Source: Glycera tridactyla (lineage: Eukaryota). Taken from it: a stretch of 64,000 bases of DNA. A program made the translations under genes and the position numbers. Location of the stretch: positions 8,370,001-8,434,000 of the forward strand of contig OZ286468.1 in the NCBI GenBank assembly GCA_965644265.1, written 5' to 3'. Under the pieces are notes generated by a model that was not told the DNA's origin, made no database searches, and worked only from the letters and a program-made list of their open reading frames with translations. Within the stretch, counting starts at the first letter, position 1, and each line of letters starts with the position of its first letter. Shown here in pieces: positions 13,362-25,500 of the stretch.

Positions 13362-14500
13362 ATGATGCCCTGAGAAGCATCATTCTTCATCTTAACTGTG
13401 TCACAAAAGACGAGGACCCCGTTTCTGTTATGAAACGTTAGCAAATAACATTAGTTACAACTGGATAATCTGTTAGGGAGAGTTCCAAGCATTGTTCCCG
13501 CCCCATTGGATACGAGTTCTACCTTCCAATTCTCTGTCTCGTTTGTGACAGCTTGTCTTTGCTTCATTCTCGGTCGCGCTCCAGTTTTTCAAAGGTGGCA
13601 TTAATTAGATTTTCATTTCATACCCTGATTGAAAATTTCTTCACCGTATTCTGTTCAATACAAAGAAGTTGTTGGTTGAATTGCAGAGCTTCTGTCTCAT
13701 TTTCATCACGACAAGTGAGCTTTTATATTCTGAATGGAGATCTGGGCAGTTGAGAGTTTCTGCTATGAATAATCCTGATCAGTAGAGGGTACTTGACTGA
13801 TTGCTCTGTTGTCTTGTTTGTTCTTGGTACTTGATGGCTTCTCCCACTCACATTGCCATGACATTCTCTGCTACTTTGGAGTTTCATACAGCCTAGATTT
13901 CTACCCACTGACTTGACATTTTTGATGACTGTCTGACTTCCAGCACTCTCAGTTCTTTACCAACTGCTATGCGATATCATGATGACGATTACATTCATTC
14001 TTGGATCTTGCTGTCCATGCTTGAGACTTTAGTTCCAGCCTTCTGTTAAAACATTATAGTAATACCTTTCTTTCAGTGAAAACATTTCAGCCACAATCAT
14101 TGTTCATTTGTTTCTCACTGACACTGTTGCCCACTGACCTTGTATATACTCACTCTGCCCAGTTGTATTATGCCATTGCGCAGTCATAATACAGACTATT
14201 ATGTCTGTTTGATGTTGTAACATAAACCAATATTCTCGTGTTTTCTACTGACTAATGCGGAAGACATTGAATTGAGAGTTGCAAAGCTTGACAAATATGT
14301 GAACTCTCAGAAAATGGCATATTTCATTCCTAGCAGATGACTCAACATCTGCCTCATCATAAGAAAGCATGATCATATTCAAACCTGGAATCATGAATTT
14401 TGTCCATCACTCACGACTAGTTGGTTGTCTTTCACTGTCCGACTTTCTGATTAACACTCACAGATTCACATGAAATTCACCCAGTGTTGTGTTCTTATAT

Positions 14501-14683
14501 CAGTGATGCAAGTTTTCAGGTAATTTCCTGAATTCAGGAAATTTGTCATGCAATTCCAAATCCAAAAGTTTCTGGAATCAGATTGAAAGTTTCAAATCTG
14601 GTGGTTTTTGAAGTATAGGGAGGTAGTTTCAGGAAATTTGGTCAGGTTTCAGGAAATTCTATCTTAGTGCACTTGCATCACTG
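14501..14683. mobile_element. MITE with perfect 13-bp TIR CAGTGATGCAAGT (hAT-like)
   Basis: cagtgatgcaagt / acttgcatcactg; internal ttcaggaaatt repeats; related sequence at ~26588-26738 and 41097-41588. No clear 8-bp TSD. Confidence 0.65.
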
Positions 14684-15074
14684 TGATATATCATTGTCGA
14701 ATCTCAGATATCCCTCGACTCACTCAATGAATACCGGCGAATCATTGTCACTGATTCTTTGTGAGCATTTCCTTTATGTATTTTGGAAACCACAGATGAA
14801 ATAAGCTGCATGCAGACTGCCATTCTGGTGACATCCCTTGTCTTTGGCCAGTCAGTAACTCCATCCTGACTACTGCCTTGGTTGACCACTCCGTTAGTGG
14901 TCATTGTTACGGTGTACATACCAGCACCACCTCCCTAACCATCTGTGAGTGGAACAAGAACTGTGACAGATGTTGATGGAACATTCCTCAAACCATATTA
15001 TCCTAGGATAACTAGTGACATTCCTTCAAATTTTTGGCTGCGAATCATTTCACCTGTTATGATTACATACTGAG

Positions 15075-15093
15075 GACCACCAGATGGCGCTGC
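15075..15093 (+). promoter_or_regulatory. CTCF-like motif about 125 bp upstream of exon 4c
   Basis: ACCACCAGATGGCGCTG closely matches the CTCF core CCACCAG(G/A)(G/T)GGCGC. Confidence 0.55.
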
Positions 15094-15216
15094 CTGCCAC
15101 TGGTACCTTCGGGCATTGCAAGGGATAAGCAGCTCTGGTGTGAAATGATCACCGAAGGTATTCAGAATTTCCGGTCTAAGACGTAGATAAATCTGAACAT
15201 GATTGGTTGTTTTCAG

Positions 15217-15307
15217 GATTACTCTTAATACGATGACTTTGATGGTTGAATCCCCCCACGTCTACACCCAGATGGGCGTCTCCATCTCGGTAACGGGTAT
15301 CGCCCAG
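15217..15307 (+). CDS. FLOT1: FLOT1 exon 4 variant c (91 nt): [30 protein letters not shown]
   Basis: Acceptor ggttgttttcAG, donor cag|GTacga; intact frame; absent from the supplied ORF track. Confidence 0.93.
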
Positions 15308-17437
15308 GTACGACGACGAGTGTCTCGCTCCACTACTGGAAACGACAAATGCATTTCTTAAAACGAACGACAAGTTAGCTAACTGTTCGCATGCCTGAAT
15401 GATAGTTTACTAAACAACTTACAAAAACTAAAAGACATGAAGCAGTTGGTCCAGTGTATTTCCTAATTCATTGATTTTTCATCATTCTATTTTTTACGGA
15501 TTTGCTTGATTGACATGATCGTCTATTTTTTGACCTGGTCGAACCTCATGACTGGTAGCTTGACATTTCTAGAGGCTTACCCCATTCCTGCACAGTGTTC
15601 GCACCCTTCAGTATCCCGATGAATTCATCCCAATACTCGAGGACATTCATGAACATGACTGACATGCTATTGACCTGCCAAGAATTCTCGATATTCACAC
15701 TTTGAAGATGTGCTCACATGTCAAGCAACCGCTCACACCTGATTTGGTTATATACTTATGATTCAGAAGTTAAGCTTGCATGCCATTTCATTCGATTCCA
15801 TTCAATTTCATTCTCAGAGTAGGATAAAGCAGACATTACGTAGTCAACTAGTCAGTACCCCTGATAGAGCTGATTCGATTCAACTATTTGAAGAATTGCC
15901 AATTGCCATTATATCACACTCATTTCTTGGTTGATCTTTTCATTAGGTTAGACAGAGACCATTCCAGTTTTAGATGATGAGAGGAGCTTCATTTATTTGA
16001 AAACTTTCATCAGATAAAATAGTCATCTTTCACTTTTTGGAGTGTATAGAGGTAGTGATACTCCTATTTCACAATTCATGATTAAAATGAGTAAAAATTA
16101 TTCTGACTGCATTTGTATTTGTCTCAGAAAGTTAGCTAGGATCTTCTACTTCATTACTTCTTCCAACTAGATAGAAATTGCTTGCTCAGTTTTTCCGCAT
16201 GGTAGTCATCATCTCGCAGTTTACTGAATTGAGGTAGGATCAGTCACTCCTCATTTTTATGAGAGCAGAACATTTTTATTCTCCTCAAGATGAAGTAATC
16301 TTGCAAGATAAAGATAAGGGAAATATTCTTTTCACTTTCTTCACTTCCTGACAGGCTGCTGGGCCCTTGCGTCCTTCAAACTAAAAATGTCATGAGCCGT
16401 AATACAAAATAAATGGCCTCTCCCTATCTATCAATAGTTTGAGATGACAAACCGGGCCCAGTTGACCCATGGACTTCGATGGGCCAGAAAGGCAAAAATG
16501 GGGTTGAGGGCCCATGTACACAAACAATATGAAGCTCTGTCTGATAACAGACTTGAGGAATTGGCCATGAATGCTGTGATGCTTCATTCAGTAAAGGCCC
16601 AGATCTAACCTGGTGATCTGCCATTTCATTTGTGTGAACATTTTGCAGCAATAGCAATTGCCATGGTTCATTCCCCAAATTATTGACCAACCTTCTAAAT
16701 TTGTGCATTCTTATGTCCCTGCACCTATCCAGCAGATATCATAGACCTGTATACTCATGCCATGTCATCAAAAAAAGCCAAGTGCAATAATTGAGCTTTA
16801 CAAAAAGCAGATTTTTTCATCAGAGGCCTATTTAGATTGGAAATATTTGGTGTACTTGAGCCCATTAAGGTGGAAGAAGCATGCATGTTTAAACAACATC
16901 GAGAGTGATGTTAGTTATTTGATGCTGGCCGAGTGGCATTCACTAGCATCGTCGTCGTCGTATAGCAGCTAAGGCATCTTTGCCGCTGCCGTCGGCCGCT
17001 GCCATCATTCATCCCGGTGATGGGATTATTGATCCATGAACGATGATGAACGCATGCCGCTTCCGATCTTCCTCATCCTAGCGCCACCTATGAGAGCAGC
17101 CTGCCATCACACACTACCGCACCACACCTTCTTGGTGCTCGGAACTCCCCGGGTTCATGTATCAACTACTACCTCGAAATATGGCATAATTACGGGAAGA
17201 TTAATTTACATGCATTTTAGAAAGGTCATTCTTGAACAATATTGAGGACTATTTCTGTGGGCCCAAAATGTAGTTTGGAGATGGATGTTGGTGATGTGTT
17301 TGTGGATGTTCCTGTTGGTCCATCACTGCCACCAGCTGATGTCACGTCCTCACTCATACACTGCAGCATTGACACTAAATCCAGACCAATCATGACATGG
17401 ATCAGCTGGATTTTATCTGTGTTTCGACATAGAAAAT

Positions 17438-17727
17438 CAGTGTCCAATCTAGAAATCGACCTCAGTTGGGGGAACGCCCCCCTCTCTGAAAATAGGGAGG
17501 GGGATTTTTCCAGGCAATGACATGATGTTTCAAATAAATGAAAGAAATGAGCTTGGTAGTGTGTCCAGGTTAAAACAACTACCAGGAAACAGAATTGACA
17601 ACGTCATCTAAATGCACCAATTTGGCTATCTGAAGGGGTGAAATGCACCCCTCCATCCGGAAACTAGGGGCGTCCTGTCACGTTTGTGGGGCCATTCACC
17701 CCAATACCCCCGCTGGATTAGACACTG
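17438..17727. mobile_element. MITE-like element with 15-bp imperfect TIR
   Basis: cagtgtccaatctag / ctggattagacactg (13/15). Confidence 0.45.
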
Positions 17728-18602
17728 GAAAATGAGCTACATTTCAGCAGCACCAAAGTGAAACAGATCACAGGAGATTCCAACTGCTGGGGAGTGCCCT
17801 TGAAAAAACACATTTTGCCCCCCCCCCCCAAAAAAAAAATGTTGTTAAAAATATACCCACTCATCATCGGCTCAGGATTTTTATGTCAGGAGGTTTTAGG
17901 TCCACTGCCATTTCACTCTCATCTCTCCAACGTCCACTGAATTGGTCTCTCTATCTCACGCACTCACAATCACACTTGCTCTTAGTAGATTAAGGTCGTG
18001 AGTTAAGGTCGTGAGTTATCCTCTCAGTCACTTCAGGCAGTCATATTAGATTAGAAGTCACACATGGCTATTTCTCCTCTCACTCCTATTCTCTTGGCTG
18101 TCACAAATTGCACAGGCTTGGTTAGGGATGTATCCATATCTGCATCAAAACCTTTTGGAAAAAAGAAACAAATTTACTCAACTTTGCATAGACACTGCAC
18201 CACAACTGCTTGCAAGTTTTGAAGCATTTCGGATTCATTGGAAACATGACTTTTGTTCTTGAAAGCATTTGCATAGTTGCACCATACGATCCCATGTAGA
18301 ATAATACTGGACTGTCAAACTGGTCTCGTTGAGTTTTCTTCGGTAATCTTGGCTAAAGTGCACAAAAAGTACTTTGTTATTTGTATCATGATATCTATCC
18401 AACCACATGATTATCTATTTTTCATTCCAACCTGTTATTTCTCTTGCATCTTACATTTTATGGCCATCCAGTTTCAGTCTCAAATAATCCTGCCTGGGTC
18501 GCAGTGAAGTTAAGCCCTACTCAGTCAATCAATCAAGTTTCATGGCCACCAATTCTGAGTCTCAAATGATCCTGCCCAGATTGGAGGGACATTGAGCCCT
18601 AC

Positions 18603-18632
<30 letters not shown>
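18603..18632. repeat. (TCAA)n microsatellite
   Basis: Direct inspection. Confidence 0.9.
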
Positions 18633-18634
<2 letters not shown>

Positions 18635-21390
18635 CCACTAACTCTGAGCAAATGGCATAGTAATAATTTATGAGCATGTTATAGTAGGCCCAAAACATCA
18701 TTGGAATGTGGTATTTCAGCCTGAATATCACAAATGCTATTTTGTTTCAATGAGGCTTGAAGTCATATCTATTAATCCCAGGTTTAGGGCGACTGCTGTT
18801 GCTCAAGATAATGGATACATATGATTTCAAACGTAGAGAGAGGACAGTTATTTCAGGGAGTCATAAGCTATCATAAACAAACTAATTATTACCACTGTTT
18901 GAGGAAAGAAAGGCCAAGGACAGTCCATTTTTCTTGAATAAAAAACTCAACAAGGCGTCATGTTTGATTGTGCAGAATTATTTGTTTGTCGGATTGTATG
19001 GCTGTATACGTATTGTCTGAATATTGCACCATTTTGCATTCTCGAACCCCATTTTCCTGTCACATGTATCGTTGGTCACGTGTCACAGTTCCGTGTCGTG
19101 TTTGCACCACATGCATCCATGTTCTTGACATGTGTGTCAGTCAGTCTCATTGTCTTTAGGAGAACCCCCGTCTTTTCCCAGATCAGTTGTCTCAGCTTTC
19201 ACCCTCCCAGTTAGAATTATTGGTAGCTAAGCGATGAAAACGATACTCAGCTTTAATACATCAGCTTCAATGCGACATGAATATTGTTTGTCAAAAGGGG
19301 AAGGAATCCTATTCGGTATTGAATTCAAATACTGATGGCTGGAAATATGGCATGCTCAGAACTCGGAGAATATAGAGGAGCAGGACACTCTCCTGTTTAC
19401 CCAAGGGCTGAGAATTGCTACATTAGTAACAACCTGATTTTCTGTTCTCATACATTGGTCAATCTGATCACTGTACATGCCTTTAGTCAAACCTGCCTCA
19501 ATGACCACCGAGGCCTGAAAGTTAGGTACCTCAGAATGTCTTCCAGAATTTCTCTTGGACTAAATTTACCCGTTCCATGGTAGCCTACAGATCCCTTTTT
19601 AGGATGACCAAGGGAAACGTTTAGAGGCACGTTACACTGATTTCTCTGGCATGGTGATTAGAGAGACGTATGCCTTGACAGGACGGTGTGACAGACTGAA
19701 GTACCCGATCTCACGCTGATTGGGGTCACCACAGGGTCACTACACATAGAGGGAACTAGACGACCTGACAGCCACGCATTCTCATCACTCAAGAATCTTT
19801 TCCGAGAGTTTTGTGTGTTTCCCCATCGCAAATTGCAAGAATTGAACTTTGATATCTTGCTTCATCCTTATAGATACTTGCTATTTCCAATCTCGCTATT
19901 ACTTTCCTCTCCAACTTGGCATATATTTGGATATGTGCACAGAACTCTAATATTATTGAATTTCTTCGCTGAGTGGAGCACTGGAATATTTGTACACGGT
20001 TGTCTTCTTTTTGAATGAATTGCAATTCAACTTGGCTTTGGTGTTGCCTTGCCTCCTTCAATACATATGTACTTCAGCCTTATCATGATAAAACCTACAT
20101 GGTTTAGAGTACTTGTGCAGGAAATGCTCCATGAAACTAGTTGACTAATGAAGCATCAGGATCAGCTTCAAATAAAAACATCACGATAGCTTTTCTGTTT
20201 ACTGGACACCATATCCCGTTTACCACTCCCTCCCTGACTATGTATATGTGTGCTGGAGACGCAAATACTCTGTACCGCAAATACTCTGTACCGCATGTAG
20301 ACTGTTTTTATTTTCATAGCTACCGACTGGTGATGATTTCACAGTTAATTCCAGTATTTTATGTGGAATAGCATCATCTGCATTCATACTCTTCGACTAC
20401 CTGTAACCGTGTTGATTTTGGTGTATATCATAACTGTTTTTGTTTTACAACAATGTGCCCATATTATATGCGGGTATATTAAAATTTGTGGGAAGGTTTA
20501 TGTAAGTAGCTCAAGATGATGTTAAAGCTTCTGATGCGCTGAAGATTGGGAAGATGTGGCTGTCAAAAGTGGTGATATTTGCAAATGTTGCCACCTCTTG
20601 GGGGCCCACATATGCTCTCAATTCCACTGTACAGGACCTATAAAGGCAAAGGCTTGAGTTTCTCCTATACTTACCTACACCTCGTGAGCCTCGTGACTCC
20701 CCAAGCTCTCCCACTGGAGCAGCATGACATATATCGATAGAGCACTCAATGATGTATCCACAAACACACGTAAACATCAAATTTATCAGCAAGTGTGATG
20801 AATTTGAAGGGATTATGTGTGCTTGACAGAATGAAGCCTGACTCAAAATCTTGGCGGTTTGAACTTTCAACTCCGAGATAGAAGAATATTGCTCTGGAAG
20901 TGTTTTCTCTTTTGACACCGATTACATTATAAATCATAGCAGTGCTGATATATGTCATCTTGTGGAGTAGATCTTTCAGTGCGACGTACTCCTTGTTATA
21001 CATAATCCTTATGCTTAAGTTCTTTGCATCATGGATGTCAAGGTACTCACTCAATTACTTTTTCTTATCAACTTATAGCAACGAAATCCAATTTTGAGAT
21101 CTATTCTTGGCCAAAATAGCATGAAAGCAACTGCATCCTTGATGTATATCTGTGTACGTGTGTGCGTGTGTGAGCGTGTATGGCGACCAAGCTGCATGTC
21201 ATTGCCATGTCGTTAGGTGGAATGAGCGAGGCCGCTGCCACAAACACCGCCGCTGCCACTCTCTGGTAGTGCCGCTCCTCCTGTGTGTTGTCGTCCTGTG
21301 CTACGTATACTATATATCGCTGCTGCTGTCTTTGGTCTGTCCGTTGTTGTTGTGGCTGTTGTTGTAGTTTGACCGCTGCTCTGTTTACAG

Positions 21391-21481
21391 GATCTCCCTG
21401 AACACAATGACACTGACCGTCGAATCACCCCAGGTGTATACTCAGTTAGGTGTTGCCATCTCTGTCACTGGCATAGCACAG
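21391..21481 (+). CDS. FLOT1: FLOT1 exon 4 variant d (91 nt): [30 protein letters not shown]
   Basis: Acceptor ctctgtttacAG, consensus donor cag|GTaagc; starts ISLNT like human FLOT1. Confidence 0.95.
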
Positions 21482-22347
21482 GTAAGCCCGGGCCCTCTGC
21501 TCGCCAGATTGCCTCCATGCAAATTTTCTCACCCTGACACCTGGCGGCGAAAATCTGTCATAAAGTCGGGTGAGCAAATTGACGATGGAGTCCTGGTAAA
21601 TGAGCACGGTCCAAGGATCAGTCGAGACACTATGCAATTGTCACTTCCCACATATATTCAAAGATGGCCTTGATCCGTATTCTCACACTACTCAAAAGGG
21701 GGCGCTCTTGTATCAGTCGTTAATACTCCATTCCACTGGTTCTCACCAAGGTCTATCTAGTCGCCCGTATGCTTGCTTACGGGGCCTTTTGGGTATTCTG
21801 GTGCCGGACTTGATACTGCTTTACGTTAACCTATAACGGAATGATGCTTGCCGCCCCGTTGTCCGCCGAATAGTCTGAATCTCATCTTGTGCCGAGTTCT
21901 CGTAGCTGCCATCGAGATTCACTCGTCACTCTCTCACCGCTTGCTGGTTGATGTCCTCCCATGAGCGTCCGTCCACATACCTTGACCTGATTACTGCCTC
22001 ACTTGCCAACATTACTCAGCTAATCAATTCATGATACCTAACGAGAATTTGTTGTTTTTCCGAGTTTGCATGCATACTAACTCAGTTTTATGTCATTATG
22101 TTAATAAAATTTGGTTTGAGTTTAAAGAGAGGTTTTAGATACCTGTGTTTGGGAGTCGTTTGTGAACACTAATACTCAAATATCATGGCCTGATATAACC
22201 CAAACTTCAATTGGTTACCCAGATGCTCTATCCAGTTATCCTGAGCGGGATCTTTGATGAAATGTCACAGCTTTAAACCTCAGATTTTGTCAGGAGAAGA
22301 TTTCAAGAGTAGTCAAATAATTCCAACCCTTATTTCCTCCAACCTAA

Positions 22348-22565
22348 CAGACCTTCAGATTGCTGGTGGGCCCAGGCCTGTGGCCTGCATTTTTGCCTCT
22401 TTGGCCCATTTATCTCACCTACTATGGGTCCACTGGCCCATCTTTGTTGTGCCTTTTGAACATTGATGAATAGTAGATGACCCATCATTTTGAGTTATGG
22501 CCCATGATATAACTAATTCATGGGCTGTTTTGGCCCACAGACCTGTCAGAAAATCTGAAGCTCTG
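22348..22565. mobile_element. GGCCCA-rich MITE; related copies in reverse orientation at ~16380-16530 and ~43200-43350
   Basis: TIRs cagaccttcagatt / aatctgaagctctg (13/14); the internal catgggcc..ctcaaaatgatggg.catct motif recurs at 43215. Confidence 0.55.
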
Positions 22566-25500
22566 ACCTAATTTCTTATAGCCAATTTAGCTAAAGTCTT
22601 GTCCACTTTTGTAGCCAGATGGGAAAACCATTGACTCCTGGCTAACTGGCTAGGGCCGATGTATTTTGATTAGAATCGGATCAGTTCACAGATCACCATC
22701 ATCTAATCGATCAGCTGATGAAGTGCCAGTTTTAGAAGGATTTGGCATCATTAAATTGGCGGAGGGCCCTGTGGTGTAGAAGCCACCCGTTGCTCGTTGA
22801 GAGACTGGCTGCCGCGGATAGGAGAGTCTGCTTGACATGAAATATGCAGGCTTTATGTAATAATAGCTGAGCTGACGGATATTATTAGCTGTATCACGCG
22901 AGCAACTATCAAATCCTCCTCTAAATTAAGAGATACCTTCTTGGAGGGACTGCAGAGTCCATTTTCAGGGTTACATCCAGAGGGGGGCATTTCACATATT
23001 TGATCAAGTGTAACTATCAAGGAAGGGCATGTTTGTGAAATTATCAGGGGCCATAATGCCTGCTGAATCAGTGAGATGGTCACCCTTATTCCCATTTCAA
23101 GAGGTTCTGTGGATGAAGGCCCCTTTCCTTGAAATTTCAGGGGGCAAATGCCCCAAATTGAGAAATCCTCACTGCACCTTGGCAGTGGGTAAAATCAGCA
23201 TTTTCATTTTAAAGAATCTGAAAGCTTGCTCAGTTCTTGAGCTGTGAATTCTATGAATTCTTACTAGGTTTGTGGTACAGTGAAATGATGAGATTCACTT
23301 GCCCGCACGTCCAGTTCACTGGCCTGATCTTTGGTCCAATATTAGTTTAACACACTGGAAGGCTCTTTGGGAATTGCCATGGAAGTTTCAGGGCCATTGA
23401 TATTGAACAGTCATTCATGCTTGTTATGCAGGGGTTTAGCCAGGATCAGAAAACTATGAGCCAAAAGATTCGCAATTCACCATGTAGACCGACAAAGATT
23501 ACACAATACGAATTAATTCAAGTTACACTAAATCAACAGCCACTTTGTGATTTTCCATAATATTGCTTGATTCTTTCATTAGTACTTGTTCTACTGTGTT
23601 TACTGCAGGTATTTTGGTAAAATGCATCATGAGATGTAGGATTTCATCACAATAAAATTTTCATGATCCGAAACCAAGTTGTAAGTTCCCTAGCAGGAGA
23701 GCTCTATTCTTTGGTCAATTGTTATTTTCATGAAGAAAGAAAGAAATAATCGTCTAGATAATGTATTGGAAACGGTCCATTTCTTCGCTCTCAAATAATC
23801 CAGGCTGGGTTAAAGAGAACCTACTGGGTCAATCAATATGATCCCAAATGGCTCAAGGGCTGATGGCTGGCTAAAAACCTGTAGGTATGTATGCGGGATG
23901 GGAACGGCAACGAGGGTAGGCAATCAGGTCAAGTTGTGTTTATCTGTTCCACGGCTGCGGTGAGATTACCGTAGCAGCGTTGTCCACGTAGCAGCGTTGT
24001 CCACCCGTTGCATTGCCCCTCACGTGTTCATTACAGCCCACTGCCTGACTAACACCCGAGAATTTCAACCTCCACAATCAAGGAATTGTAAGGAGCCATT
24101 GTCATTTTCCTGATGCTGCGATGCTAGTTGCCACTTGCACAATCTAGCTTCATTCATCGCTAAATTAGAAAAGCTAATTAACCGTTGACATTAGAAAGTG
24201 AAAGTAAATTCACATCATGCTTGTGTGGCAAAATTGGCAATAATTTATTACAGGTGAACCTCCAAATATTGAGAAAAAAATGGCGATGCATAACAATTTT
24301 GTTGAAATTAAATGATAATTTCACGGAGAGATTATTGCATGCTTGGAATCCATCATCAAGTTTGTTTTGTGGGTTCAGACTCAAATCTTTAGCATGGCAA
24401 CAACCGCCTGCAGTTTTGTTGTTACTCAGTGAGAAGTCGTTGTTGTGTATTCTCCAAAGCTAATGCCTTTCCTTGTTGCAAGCACTGCACTCAGTTTATA
24501 ATAAAAGCATTATTATCAGGCTTGAGTGTCAGCCTCCAGTCGTTTGTGTAGTTGGATATACCATCTTAATGCTCACTGTATTCATTTTAGGTACCAGTAG
24601 GTAGAGGTGTTTCTGAACAGCCAGATACTTCTACTTGACAACCTTCATTTTGTATTCCAATTTATTGGGGGTGTGCTGGAAATGTTCTGGAAAATCTCTT
24701 GAATTTTTTTCACCCAGAGTCTGTATGAAGCATGCAAATATACATTGTACAAACACAGATGCCCATTTTCCGTAGTATAGGAATTAAGTGTGCTCAATGA
24801 TGCATTGCTCGTATGCGCACCAAGGCTTATCGTGCACATCAGGAATATGACAGTGATAAATACATTCATCAAATACATGAATTTTTGAGATTAACGACTG
24901 ACTACATGAAACTGTTCTTGTTGATTCTCCCCTGTTTAATTTGTTTGTTGCGTTCATATACACATGTATTTGAATGCGAGGTTTGATTGGCAATTATTTC
25001 CTAAGCCTCTTTGTACTTCTCTGCCTGTTATGATTTCCCTCCTTGACCCTCTGGTTGCTTTTTGTATTGGTCCACTCGGCGGTGTTAAGACTGTGTTAGA
25101 TTTGCCTGTGTTTTGACCGTGGCGTGATTCGCACATTGTCTGCAGCATCCCTGTCTTGTTGGTATTTGCCAGTTGTGATTTGATTATGATAATTTGGGGC
25201 TGTTTTTTCCTAGCCTGTGTCCAGTTTGCCAGGCCGCTCCTCAGATGTGTGTGTTGTCTGATCGTACCTGGCTTAAATGTTAAGGACAAAAGTAGATCAC
25301 AAAACATGGAGCAAATGATTGATACAATTTTCTTAACATATCTACAAAAATGTATGTAGTTATCCCATTGATAGATCTATCTATAATACACATATATATA
25401 TAAGATGGGGAAAGAAGAGTGATAGGAACATTGGCATGGTTGCTGATAATGAATAACTGTTAAGTTAAGATAAGAGTTGTTTATTAGTAGTTATCCATAG

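Noticed and set aside
21220-21245. GAGCGAGG or CGCTGCCACA upstream of 4d as a docking site (matches at 4226, 9085, 15325, 38390)
   Set aside because: Only 7-10 bp, and the loops would join exon copies or delete whole clusters, contrary to mutual exclusion.
4124-21481. Isoform including all four exon-4 copies (364 nt restores phase)
   Set aside because: 4b read after 4a hits TGA at its 11th codon.
24645-24878. 77-aa minus-strand ORF with a hydrophobic N-terminus
   Set aside because: Short, AT-rich, no supporting splice or homology evidence.
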